64,000 bases of DNA from Balanoglossus misakiensis. Lineage: Eukaryota; Animalia; Hemichordata. A program made the translations under genes and the position numbers. The notes below the pieces were generated by a model. That model was not told the origin of the DNA and ran no database searches. It saw only the letters and a program-made list of their open reading frames with translations. This document shows positions 1-11,238 of this stretch, piece by piece. Location of the stretch: assembly GCA_040954595.2 (NCBI GenBank), contig CM082589.2, forward strand, positions 10,366,894-10,430,893, read 5' to 3'. The stretch's first letter is position 1. Every line of letters starts with the position of its first letter.

Positions 1-916
1 TGTCTGGACAACGGACAACGCCCAACCAGGTGTGTCTTTCGCTGAGCTGGACGTCCTTGGGGAGCCACCCGGACTGCAGACAGACGGGAGCCAGGTCCAA
101 GCGTCAACGCGAGGAAAATTCTCTGCAGAGTGCCAAGTGGTGAAGTCGCTGAACTGTTACCGGCCGGAACTGTTTAGTGTGAAGTGTTCATCGCGGTATA
201 CAAGGTATTGTGTGTCCAGAACTTGACAGTGTTATTCCGTGCGAACTATAGACAGTGCGCATAAATTCCGTCCGTGGCGCATAGTTTCCATCTGTGATAA
301 CTTCGGACTTGAACTTGTGGACTGGGTATTTTATTGCAAACGAACTTTCTGGTTATTCGCCGTAGAACCTGGTGTAACGTAATGTTTGTAAATTTTTCTT
401 AGAAATTTCAATATTGTCTATATAATGCAATGTGGTCAAAGTAGTTTTGACTTTGATTTAATTGTTGAAGTGGGCTCCATGTGGATATAAACCCCTGTTT
501 TGTTGCCTTTAGCCTGCTTTAAACGAAAAAAAATATATATATAAATTGTATTTTCTTTCAACAGTATATTTTGGTTAAGTGCTGAAGTATAATTTTCTTT
601 GTAAATTTCAGTTCATTATTTTCCAAACGACGTGGAAAAAAAAAAAAATTTCAGCACTTGTTGAAAAAAAAAATATTAAGTTATAAGTTAAATATTGTAT
701 ATTGACTTGAGTTAGTTTATTATTGTATTAGTTATTTAGTTGTTTCATTATTATTGAGACTGTCCATGAATGGTCGTATTCATCCAAATCATACATTAGT
801 CTATAGAACCTTTGGCAGTGTCTGTAAGCTATTCTATGCTTATTTCATTCCCTGTTAACGTATGTGCTATGCCAGTAGATACTGATATTATTGTTAAGAT
901 TTTCCAGTGAAATAGC

Positions 917-2413
917 TTGCATTGCATCGTATTTAACGACACGTCAGAGTCCTCCCAAATTGCCTCTCATTTTATGGAGAGAAAAAAAATGGCTGTGTCC
1001 AAAATATCAATTCAAGAGCGAAGCATTTATGTGCAACACTTGCCTTTTGAATGTACAAAGAAACATTTTAGAGAATTTATCGAGTTACAGCTTGGTTTGG
1101 CCCAGGTTGATCAAATTTATATTTCTGATAAAGATTCCGCTTTAGTCATATTTGAGAATATAGAATCAGCCACAGCCGCTCTGCCAGTAATACATAAAAG
1201 CACTTTTGAAGAAAGCAAATTACGGGCAAGTCGTGTGACCACAGCCCGAGGGTTGGAACTGTGGCATTTAATTGAGGAAACCGAACAAAGTACTGGCCTA
1301 GATTACAATGAAACCAGTGATCCCAAGACATCCAAACCCAAAGCAGATGTACAGGAAATTATTAACATGTTGAGTTTACTGTCTGAAGCAGATAGGAAAG
1401 CGGTTGCACAGGCCATATCACCTGCTCCACTGAAACCAATCGTATCAACCCCTATGCCACAGCCGATTCCATTTCCAGCATTTCCAGTACCAACTTCAGT
1501 TGCAGATTCTTCACCATTTATTATGTCTTCACCTGCCCAAGCAGCTGCTGCACAGCCAGCCACAGCCACTACTGCTTTTCACTCGGTGGAATTCCCAAGA
1601 ATAGTCGTCTTCTCTGGCAAAGGTGATGTCACTTATGAAATGTGGCGATATGAAGTTCGAGCACTACAGAGGGAGAATGTGTTTCCGGAGACCATAATTA
1701 TGCAGGCTGTTCGGAAATCCCTACGAGCGTCCGCTGCTGAAGTCCTACTACATATGGGAGAAGACATCACAGTGTCCCGATTGATGGCGAAGATGGACAT
1801 GGTCTTTGGGAAAGTATTGCCACCGGAAGCAGTTTTGGAAAAATTCTATACAGCACGACAAACGAAGACAGAAAAGGTAGCAGAATGGGCCTGTCGCATC
1901 GAAGGACTTTTGGATGAACTCAGATCAGGTCAGTCCATCTCTAGTAATTCAGAAGAAACCATGCTTCGAACCAAATTCTTTTCTGGCCTGTCAGATGAGC
2001 ACATTAAGAATGCAATCAGACACCGATATGATACGGGAGAAGATTATGCAGGATTGTTGCTAGCCGCAAGAAAGCTTGAAGTAAATAGGGAGACCACTAC
2101 CAGGGTTCACCAAGCAACTGTTGCTGACAAGACGATGATAACCAAATTGGAGGAACTTACCAAAGGTCTGAAGAACTTAGCTGAGAAGGTTGCTGAACTA
2201 GAGAAGCGAACTTCAACATCATCAACTCCAGAGTCTACTTTTCGCCGACGTGTCAACAATGAAAATGGCCGGGATCGGCGTGGCAACGATGGAACTCGCC
2301 AACCCAAACAAGTTTTCCCAGGCAACTGCTTCAAGTGTGGTGAACATGGACACAAAAAGACAGACTGTCCTTTAAATGGGGAGCGACCAGGCATCCGGAG
2401 GGACATGCGCTAG
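917..2413 (+). CDS. gag: Gag, PNMA-like: N-terminal RRM-like domain, capsid, coiled coil, CCHC knuckle (true ATG probably 974 or 989)
   Basis: SIYVQHLP...SALVIFEN (RRM-like); FSGKGDVTYEMWRYEV, AVRKSLR and LRTKFFSGL (PNMA-type capsid motifs); CFKCGEHGHKKTDC knuckle. Confidence 0.9.
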   Translation: MHCIVFNDTSESSQIASHFMERKKMAVSKISIQERSIYVQHLPFECTKKHFREFIELQLGLAQVDQIYISDKDSALVIFENIESATAALPVIHKSTFEESKLRASRVTTARGLELWHLIEETEQSTGLDYNETSDPKTSKPKADVQEIINMLSLLSEADRKAVAQAISPAPLKPIVSTPMPQPIPFPAFPVPTSVADSSPFIMSSPAQAAAAQPATATTAFHSVEFPRIVVFSGKGDVTYEMWRYEVRALQRENVFPETIIMQAVRKSLRASAAEVLLHMGEDITVSRLMAKMDMVFGKVLPPEAVLEKFYTARQTKTEKVAEWACRIEGLLDELRSGQSISSNSEETMLRTKFFSGLSDEHIKNAIRHRYDTGEDYAGLLLAARKLEVNRETTTRVHQATVADKTMITKLEELTKGLKNLAEKVAELEKRTSTSSTPESTFRRRVNNENGRDRRGNDGTRQPKQVFPGNCFKCGEHGHKKTDCPLNGERPGIRRDMR

Positions 2414-2419
2414 GTCGGA
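2371..2419 (+). promoter_or_regulatory. -1 ribosomal frameshift signal: T TTA AAT plus downstream stem-loop
   Basis: The heptamer at 2371-2377 is in gag frame, and the -1 frame is open from there into pol. cgacc/ggtcg and gcat/atgc arms follow. Confidence 0.75.
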
Positions 2420-2481
2420 ACGGTAACAGTCCCTCTAATGTTATTGATTCTTTAATAGGCCACGCCAATGAAACTGAGATT

Positions 2482-5400
2482 GTGTTGGAAGGATCCTCGT
2501 GTATTGCGCTGATAGACACCGGGTCCATGGTATCTACTGTTACTGACACTTTTAACAGAGAGAAGCTACAGAAACCAATACATGACCTGAACAACTTGGT
2601 GAAGGTAGAAGGGGCTAGTGGTACAGAAGTTCCTTACCTTGGTTATATTGAAGTTGAAGTGAAATTCCCAGATAGCCATGGACAAGAGATGTCTAAAGAT
2701 ATATTATTGCTTGTTGTTGAAGACACGGAATATAATCAGATGGTTCCAGTTGTGATAGGCACAAATGTTCTCCAACATTTTGTGGATGAAGATACACAGT
2801 ACAGTACAGACCTATCCTCAGTATGGAGACTAGCATACCAAGCGACTATCCACCGGCAGAGGGCCGAAGGTAGGACATTTACAGTTACCACTACTAAACC
2901 AACAACCATTGGACCATACGAACGCACAGTCATCCATGGATTTTGCAGAGTGGACCTAAGAAATTGTCAATCAGTAGTTGTGGTGGAACCAGAAAATGAC
3001 AGACTTTTACCTGGTGGTTTACTTGTTACTCCAGCCGTGTTGAAGTTAGAGCCTCGTGGTAATTCGTGTCGAATCCCAGTAATGGTGACCAACTATGGAG
3101 CACGTGCTGTCACAGTTCCCCCTAAAAGCACCCTATGTAACATGAACTTAGCATCTAATGTCTCACAGCCTTTAGATCCATATGGAGATGATATTGATAC
3201 AAACTCAGATGGGACCACCTCACCAAAAGTACCCGATTGGCTGATAAAAGACCTGGGATTACAAGAGGCAGATACAGAATTAACAGAAATCCAGAAAGAC
3301 CAAGCCTTGGCTACCATTGGTAAATGGCAAACCGTGTTCTCTACAGGTGAGAGAGATTTGGGACACACAACATTGGTAACACATTCGATAAAGTTAACGG
3401 ATGAAACCCCCTTTAAAGATAAATACCGTCGAATCCCTATGGGTATGTACGAAGAATTGCAACAGTACCTGCAAGATATGCTACAGAGTGGTGTGATTAG
3501 AGAATCAAACAGCCCGTGGTCCTCAAATGTTGTATGTGTCAGAAAACCTGATGGGAAGCTGAGGGTGTGTATTGATTATAGACGTCTCAACGCCAAAACC
3601 ATTAAAGACGCTTACGCATTACCCCGGGTATTGGATACGCTTGATAACCTTAATAACGCCGAGTGGTTTTCATCGCTTGATCTACGGTCTGGATATTACC
3701 AAGTAGAGATGGCGGAAGACGACAAAGCGAAGACAGCTTTCACGGTGGGAAACTTCGGCTTATTTGAATTCAACCGTATGTCTATGGGTCTGACCAACGC
3801 ACCTGCAACTTTCCAGCGTCTCATGGAGAAGTGTTTTGGAGAATTGGCGTTCAGAGAATGTTGTGTGTATTTAGATGACATCATAGTATTTTCGAAGACT
3901 TTTGAAGACCACCTCAATAGATTGGAGCGGGTATTCCAGCGGCTGGCATCACATGGATTAAAGTTGAAGGCAACGAAATGTGTTTTATTCCAGAAGAAGG
4001 TGAAATATCTTGGACACGTGGTATCAGCCGACGGAATTACAACGGACCCAGACAAGGTAGCAGCTCTGAAGGAATGGCCAATACCCACTACTGTAACAGA
4101 ACTGAGAAGATTTCTTGGATTTGCAGGGTATTACAGGAGATTTATCCAAAGCTACAGTAATATTGCCAAGCCACTTAACGACTTGCTGTGTGGACGTCAG
4201 TCAAGGAATAAGGCGGGAAAATTTGAAAAACTCCAGTGGGGACAACAGGAACAACAAGCTTTCGACACTCTGAGGAAGAGCCTAATGTCGTCACCAATAC
4301 TAGCCTTTGCTGACTACTCACTTCCATTTGAAATACATACTGATGCAAGTTCCACAGGTCTGGGAGCAGTGCTGTATCAACGCCAGAAAGGTATTCTCAG
4401 AGTAATTGCCTATGCAAGTAGAGGACTCACCAAGTCTGAAAGTAATTATCCAGCTCATAAATTAGAATTTTTGGCACTGAAATGGGCCGTCACCAAGAAG
4501 TTCAACGACTACCTGTATGGAAGCAAATTCACTGTGTTTACAGACAACAACCCTTTGACGTATGTGTTAACTTCTGCGAAACTGGATGCGGTGGGACACA
4601 GATGGTTGTCAGACTTGTCATTGTACGACTTCTCTATTGTTTACCGGAGTGGTAAGAAGAATATAGAGGCTGACGCTTTGTCTAGGATTCCATGGAATAG
4701 AGAGAATCCAGAGACGGAAACCAATCTGGGAGCCGATGTAGTCCAGGCGCTTTGTCGAGCAACAGAAGGTCCATACGTAACTTCATTCGGAATGGTAGCA
4801 GATGAGGACAGACCTGCAGTAGTTCAAGGTGGGGATGATGTGTTCTGGAAGACGGAGCAGTCCAAAGATTCAACAATACAGTATGTGACTGATCAGCTTG
4901 AAAAGGACCACAAACCACTTATGAGAGATCATACAGGAGATATCAGACTACTTATACGAGATTGGAAACGCCTTGTTCTGAAGAATGGAGTCCTATACAG
5001 GAAATGCTTCATCGATGATATACAATATTTGCAACTTGTCTTACCAGTACACCATAGAAAAGATGTCCTGGAGGAACTACATGATAAACTTGGACACTTT
5101 GGCCAAGATAAAACCCTGGATCTGGTACGACGAAGATTCTACTGGCCTAGGATGTCGATGGATGTTCAAAAGAAAGTGGAACATTGTTTACCATGCATTC
5201 GCAGGAAAAGTTCAACTTCCTTACCCAGAACTCCCTTGGTTAATATTCACACATCACAACCGATGGAAATGGTGTGCATCGACTTTCTCCATATACCAAC
5301 ACCAGATCAAGGATATAGCAACATATTAGTGATGACGGACCATTTCACTCGATACGCTATAGCAGTACCTACAAAGAACCAGTCTGCCAAAACAACTGCC

Positions 5401-6630
5401 AAAGCATTGTTTGAACATTTGATTTTGCATTATGGGTTCCCAGGACGATTACACAGTGACCAGGGGCGAAACTTTGAGTCGTCTACAATTCAGGAACTTT
5501 GCCGAATAGCAAATATTAAGAAGTCCAGGACCACTCCATACCACCCCCAGGGAAATGGAATGTGCGAACGATTTAATAAGACGTTATTACAGATGCTTGG
5601 AACTATGAATGAAGACAACAAAACAAGATGGGCTTCACATGTCAATACGATGGTTCATGCCTATAATTCTACAAAGCATGAAAGCACCGGATATTCACCT
5701 TTCTTTTTGATGTTTGGTCGTGAACCAAGACTGCCTATAGATGTATCTGGACATGCAGACCAGACCAACCTAGAATATGGTGGAACAGTTTCAGATTATG
5801 TGACGAAACTTGCCGAACGGTTGGATTACGCCTATAAAGTAGCAACGGAACGGTCTGTTAAGTCTGGTGAACGGCAGAAGAAGTCATATGATAGAAAAGT
5901 GAAGGTGGCCATAATACAACCTGGTGATACTGTGTTGGTGAAGAATACAGGACCTAAAGACAATTACAAATTGGCAGACCAATGGGAAAAGGATCCATAT
6001 ACAGTGATTTCACAGCCCATAGAAGACATTCCAGTATACGTGGTACAAAAACAAGTTAAGGGTGGAAGGAAGCGGACACTACATAGAAATTTGCTACTCC
6101 CAATACCAATAATTCCGGACGAACTGGATGACGATGTTAACACCAAGATGACGCAGCGTGATGTTAAGCAGAGTGTACCGGGTGTTATCAACGATGCTAC
6201 CCAGGATGCAGTGGACGAAGAGGATGACGGCATTGGTAAATTGCAATTCGTGTCAACTATCAACTTGCCAACAGAACACAATGCTCTTAATCCTACTGCT
6301 GCAGAATTCATCCCATCCAGAAGAGAAAGTTCCCTGATGGACAACCCCACAAGTATGGTTAATCCGGATGGACCTTCTCAAGTACTTACCTCAGATTTCT
6401 CGAATCATATTTTGCAAAGTACGGATGGTTGGTCATCGAGCGATCCAGATGGTATCACTCCTGCTACAACCAACATCAGTCCTGACTCCAGTAGTAGTAC
6501 TCAACCTGAACCACGCTATCCTACACGACAGAGACGACCTCCAGATAGATATAGTCCCGAACAATGGAATCTAAAACAGTTTGCTCATACGACTTTATCT
6601 TCTATACCATTTATTAATTGCCACTATTAA
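2482..6630 (+). CDS. pol: Pol polyprotein (aspartic protease, RT, RNase H, integrase); frame open from 2371
   Basis: LIDTGS (PR); CIDYRRLN and YLDD (RT); TDAS, LEFLAL, TDNNPL, ADALSR (RH); H..H..C..C zinc finger; IDF, HSDQGRNFES, GMCERFN (DDE integrase). No stops. Confidence 0.97.
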   Translation: MLEGSSCIALIDTGSMVSTVTDTFNREKLQKPIHDLNNLVKVEGASGTEVPYLGYIEVEVKFPDSHGQEMSKDILLLVVEDTEYNQMVPVVIGTNVLQHFVDEDTQYSTDLSSVWRLAYQATIHRQRAEGRTFTVTTTKPTTIGPYERTVIHGFCRVDLRNCQSVVVVEPENDRLLPGGLLVTPAVLKLEPRGNSCRIPVMVTNYGARAVTVPPKSTLCNMNLASNVSQPLDPYGDDIDTNSDGTTSPKVPDWLIKDLGLQEADTELTEIQKDQALATIGKWQTVFSTGERDLGHTTLVTHSIKLTDETPFKDKYRRIPMGMYEELQQYLQDMLQSGVIRESNSPWSSNVVCVRKPDGKLRVCIDYRRLNAKTIKDAYALPRVLDTLDNLNNAEWFSSLDLRSGYYQVEMAEDDKAKTAFTVGNFGLFEFNRMSMGLTNAPATFQRLMEKCFGELAFRECCVYLDDIIVFSKTFEDHLNRLERVFQRLASHGLKLKATKCVLFQKKVKYLGHVVSADGITTDPDKVAALKEWPIPTTVTELRRFLGFAGYYRRFIQSYSNIAKPLNDLLCGRQSRNKAGKFEKLQWGQQEQQAFDTLRKSLMSSPILAFADYSLPFEIHTDASSTGLGAVLYQRQKGILRVIAYASRGLTKSESNYPAHKLEFLALKWAVTKKFNDYLYGSKFTVFTDNNPLTYVLTSAKLDAVGHRWLSDLSLYDFSIVYRSGKKNIEADALSRIPWNRENPETETNLGADVVQALCRATEGPYVTSFGMVADEDRPAVVQGGDDVFWKTEQSKDSTIQYVTDQLEKDHKPLMRDHTGDIRLLIRDWKRLVLKNGVLYRKCFIDDIQYLQLVLPVHHRKDVLEELHDKLGHFGQDKTLDLVRRRFYWPRMSMDVQKKVEHCLPCIRRKSSTSLPRTPLVNIHTSQPMEMVCIDFLHIPTPDQGYSNILVMTDHFTRYAIAVPTKNQSAKTTAKALFEHLILHYGFPGRLHSDQGRNFESSTIQELCRIANIKKSRTTPYHPQGNGMCERFNKTLLQMLGTMNEDNKTRWASHVNTMVHAYNSTKHESTGYSPFFLMFGREPRLPIDVSGHADQTNLEYGGTVSDYVTKLAERLDYAYKVATERSVKSGERQKKSYDRKVKVAIIQPGDTVLVKNTGPKDNYKLADQWEKDPYTVISQPIEDIPVYVVQKQVKGGRKRTLHRNLLLPIPIIPDELDDDVNTKMTQRDVKQSVPGVINDATQDAVDEEDDGIGKLQFVSTINLPTEHNALNPTAAEFIPSRRESSLMDNPTSMVNPDGPSQVLTSDFSNHILQSTDGWSSSDPDGITPATTNISPDSSSSTQPEPRYPTRQRRPPDRYSPEQWNLKQFAHTTLSSIPFINCHY

Positions 6631-6689
6631 TCAAATATCTTTAACTTACTTTAAATGACGAGGACGCCATTTCTCCTCGCAGGGGTGCG

Positions 6690-7331
6690 TGTAACGGCCT
6701 TGTTGATCCATTGAATTTGTATACATGTATATCTGTATGTATGTTATACCTGTATCTTATAGTAATTAGTTATTCAATTATTCATATGACGTAATAGTAC
6801 TTACCTTCAATTGGTTGATCTTAATTATATGCAAACCACCTGGAAGTTTCATTTGACCAATGAACACAAGCTAATCTGGCACTATGATGTAATGGCTGAT
6901 ATAAAAGGACATGGTGCATAAAATTGGTCAGTTCACCTCTGTAGCCAGACCGGCCACACACGTTGGAACTGACATGTATTTGTTCCATTTCAGGTTAGTT
7001 TCCTTGTACCTTACCTGTTGCTTGAAGCTTTGTATTTTGGTGCATTCTACCGACTCATTTCAGCACAAGTAATTGGTGTCTTTAACTTGCGTCAATTTTC
7101 CAATTGTATGTCTATATTTTTCACTTGCATGAATTTTGGTGTATTCTGTTGGAGGTGAACTCCCATACATGTGTGTAATTTAGCAGTTCACCTCTGTAGC
7201 CAGACCGGCCACACACGTTGGAACTGACATGTATTTGTTCCATTTCAGTTATTAAATGTAAGGCCTATGTCTTTGTTACCCGTAACCTGTTTGGTGTGAA
7301 TATGTTGGAATGAACGGCGACAACCGTGACA
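6690..7331 (+). repeat. 3' LTR (642 bp)
   Basis: Starts tgtaacgg after gcaggggtgcg and ends ccgtgaca (7/8 inverted match). TATAAAA at ~6900, TCAGTT initiator-like at 6928, ATTAAA at 7251. Confidence 0.88.
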
Positions 7332-9889
7332 AAAGTAACAAGTGCGAGAAGGAGGATTGCGCATTCAAACACATATGTGAAGCCTGCATGAAGTTGCGTA
7401 ACAACCTGGCCAAGCATCCCAAGATTGCCTGCCCCTGGAAGGATAAGGCCTTTAGAGAGCAAGAGAGCAACAAGTTGACCGATAGTTCTGGCAAAGCAGA
7501 GGTAGATAAGTCTAAACAAGACTCTCATGACTGTGACAGCAATTTAATTCCTAAATTGAACCATAGAGTCAAAAGTGCAGGCACGGAGTGTAATATCAAT
7601 GACTTTTATACATTGATGGGCATCACAGATCAGGCAGTGCACAAGTGTGATCGCTCTGTACAAACTGACATGGAGATTGATATTTCAAGAAGCCTGTCAA
7701 TGTGCAACCCGGAGGTTTTGCGGGATGCTATTGTTAACCCTAGTAGTATTTCTGAACCAGTGCTTTCGATTGACGAGCCAGTAACATGTACCATTGCCAA
7801 TGTTGCCTCTGAACACACAGGTTGTTTTGATACCTCTGTTAGCAGGGATAATGTTGACAAATACCTTTGTAAAACTCATACAGTTGATTTGATAGAACCT
7901 GATATTGAGACTGATCTTGACAAGCAAATCCCTATTGAATCACTAGCCCATACCGTCGGTGATACCACTGAATTTGCATGTGAGATTAGCGCTCATGGTT
8001 CCTCTGACGGTATGATCAGTGATGACCACGATGTCTTTGTTAGTGATATGTTTACTGTGGAAAATGTTCCAAATATGGGGCCTCCCAACCCCACCCTTGT
8101 TGATCACAGTGTTCCAGACACTTATCCACTGGGCAATGATATGCAGTATTCTGAGTTATCAGATACTCCCGTGGGCGGGGATGTCTGTCCCCCGTCGTCA
8201 TGGCCACAAGCGTCACCCCTTGATTTAACAGAAGTTATAACCGTTCATGACATAGTTGTTGAATCAGGTTTACCAAATTCTCAATTTTGCAGAATACCCG
8301 TTTCATCAAATCTTCAAATCCCAATTTGGCGAGCCGAATTGCAGCAATATGATGACAAAATCATCTGCGATTACCTACAATATGGTTGGCCCGTCTACTA
8401 TACAGCCTCAGAATTGCCATACTCTACAGTGAAAAACCACCCATCAGCTATAAATTACTCGGCGCATGTCGACAACTGGATCATTAACGAAGTCGCAGCC
8501 GGGGCTACAGCGGGTCCGTTCTTAACTAACCCCCTTGCCACACCACTCAGTACTTCCCCCATTCAGACTGTCGAAAAAAAAGATAGTGTTAATCGGCGTA
8601 TAGTCTTTGATCTTAGTTCCCCAATCCACCATTCAGTAAATGACGGTATCCCCAAAGGGGAATATCTTGGGGAGAGTTTTCAGCTTCAATATCCTTCCAT
8701 TGATGATTTCACTGCAATGATGACCCGTAAGGGCAGGGGATGCCTCCTATTTAAGCGCGATTTAAGCAGAGCTTATCGGCAAATACCAGTCGATCCAGCG
8801 GACTACCATTTGCTGGGCTACACGTGGCGTAATTTATTGTTCTTTGACCTTACATTGCCATTTGGCTTGCGAACCGCAGCGCTAGCCTGCCAGCGCACCA
8901 CTAATGCGGTTTCTTATATCTATTCCACGAAAGGGTATGACTGTGTTAATTACCTTGACGACTTCGGTGGTGCAGAGACCTCCAACAAAGCCCACAAGGC
9001 ATTTGCGGAGCTAGGTGACACGCTGGATAGATTGGGTTTGCAAGAAGCCAAACACAAAGCGGTGCCCCCGTCATCAATCATGACTTTTCTTGGAATCCAG
9101 TTGAACTCCCTTACAATGACTATGGAAGTTACTCCTGACCGGCTTAATGAAATAGAGCAAGAGCTGGGTGTATGGGTCACTAAAACAAAAGCAACTAAGC
9201 GCGAGCTGCAATCACTCATAGGCAAGCTTTCCTTTATTGCCAAATGTGTCAAGCCTGGTAGGCTATTCCTGGCGAGAATGCTAGATGTGTTGCGTACCGT
9301 CACCCGCAATCACTACCATCTAAACAGTGATTTCAAGGCAGATCTACGGTGGTGGATTAATTTCATTAGGGTTTATAATGGGGTGTCTCTCATTAAAGAG
9401 TCAGGTTGGTGCCCGCCAGATGAAATATTTTCTTCGGATGCATGCCCAACAGGGGGAGGGGGGCTTTGCGACAACGAGTATTTCCACGTGGAGTTCCCTG
9501 ACTTTGTAAAGGTTGGGGACCCTCACATTAATGCCCTCGAATTACTCACTATTACTATAGCGGCAAAAATTTGGGGTGATAGATGGTCTGGAAAGAAAAT
9601 ACAGGTCTCTTGCGACAACCAGGCAACAGTTTGGGTCATTAATACCGGTAGAGCTAGGGATAAACTAATGCTGTCTTGCTTGAGGGAATTATGGCTGGTA
9701 GCAGCGATTCACGAGTTTGAGCTACGTGCTGTGCACATCGCAGGCACCGAGAACCGGCTGGCTGATGCGCTCAGTCGCTGGCATCTTGACCCAAGTTATG
9801 AGCAACTCTTCAAATCATCTGTTAATATTTCTCAAATGACCGAGCACCCAGTCGCCGAGGATGACATTCGCTTTCTCAATGAGTGGTGA
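7332..9889 (+). pseudogene. Ngaro unit 1 Gag C-terminus/RT/RNase H, interrupted upstream by the Gypsy element
   Basis: Matches the 11239-14811 protein from SNKCEKED onward. Has a 6-bp deletion near 9318. Confidence 0.88.
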
Positions 9890-10907
9890 CTGATTTTATT
9901 TTTATTTCAGATCACTGCCAAACTATCCAAGCCTTAGACGCTCAAATCGCTATCTCAATGAGGTCAGCATTAGCGGAAGGAACTCGTCGGAATTTGTCGT
10001 CACAGTTGAAGAGTTACTTCCTGTTTTGTCAGTTTTTCAATTTTACTCCTGTTCCAGCATCTGTTCTTACAGTGTGTAGATTTATCCAGTTTCTTGCAAG
10101 ATCAGTAACTGCTACTGGCACCATTCAGAATTATTTGTACGCAATTCGTACCTTGCATAGAATCCATGGCTTCACGCCATTGGCCGCTGATCAGTATGTT
10201 GTCAAATTACTTTTGAAATGTCTTTCCCGTAGCACTTTCCAGCCAGTGAGGCAGAAATTACCCATCACCCCCCAGTTGTTGCTACAGTTTTTCGGGCTTC
10301 TAGATGTGGCTGTTCCATTCGATGTTACTTTGTGGGCATGCCTTTTGATAGGGTTTTTCTCCTTTTTTCGCAAGTCAAATCTTGTTCCGAAGTCTGCAAC
10401 CGACTTTGATCCGGCTAAACACCTCTGTAGGGGTAAAGTCATTTCCTCAGATTCTGGCCTTATAATCGGCGTGACTTGGTCAAAAACCATTCAGTTTCGC
10501 GAACGCTGTTTGACTATTCCACTTGCCCGCATTCCAGGTTCGGTGTTGTGCCCTTTACAGGCATACAATCACATGTGTGAGATCATCCCAGCCCCACCCT
10601 CTAGCCCAGCATTCATTTTCCCAAATGTGGCAAATTGGTCCCCTTGACCCATTCAGGGCTGGTGAAAAGTATCAAATGTTTAGTTCAGAGGGCAGGCTTT
10701 CCTGCTGACATGTACTCGGGTCACAGCCTCCGTCGTGGGGGTGCAACTTTTGCATTCGAAAGTGGGGTCCCTGGGGAGCTTATCAAACTCCAAGGGGATT
10801 GGCAATCCAGCGCGTATCTCCGTTATCTTAACATTCCATTTCAGACTCGTTATCTGGTGTCCTTTCAAATGGGTCAGCATATTAAAGACATCTCCGCGTC
10901 ACACTGA
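9883..10907 (+). pseudogene. Ngaro unit 1 tyrosine recombinase with 1-bp frameshift near 10618
   Basis: Split into ORFs 9883-10647 and 10635-10907; reads attcattttccca versus atttgtttttccca in the other units. Confidence 0.88.
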
Positions 10908-11238
10908 TTTTACTGTGGCACTAGCAGAGAGGCGGACCGGGTTTGGCAGTGGTTGGGCCTGCAAGAGCCCCCAGTTCACGTAAATAAATAATGGCTCTTG
11001 CCTTCAGCTGCCAAACCTGTGTCCTTGGTTTGTGTGTTAGAGAGATCTCAAGTAATTTAGGTAACATTGCGATCAACGGCATAATGTTACCCAATTAAGC
11101 AACTCGAAAAGGGGCGCCCTCAACCTCAAACGAGCCTCAAAAATCCCATAATCCATCACTCACGGCCACTTCAAGGGTTCGGAGCGTGTCCTGCAGTGCA
11201 CGCTCTCTCTGCCTCAATTTCAATTTCTCACCGTTATT

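Larger units (their letters stand above)
1..7331 (+). mobile_element. Gypsy/Ty3 LTR retrotransposon; 5' LTR lies outside the window; nested in Ngaro unit 1
   Basis: gag followed by pol in PR-RT-RH-IN order, then a purine-rich tract and a TG...CA LTR. Sequence after 7331 (aaagtaacaagtgcgag) resumes mid-Ngaro gag. Confidence 0.95.

Noticed and set aside
6100-6690. env gene or chromodomain in the Gypsy element
   Set aside because: The pol tail is low-complexity Ser/Pro/Asp, and only ~60 bp separate the stop from the LTR.
7310-7331. ATG start of the 859-aa ORF
   Set aside because: A chance chimera of LTR end and Ngaro gag, not a native start.
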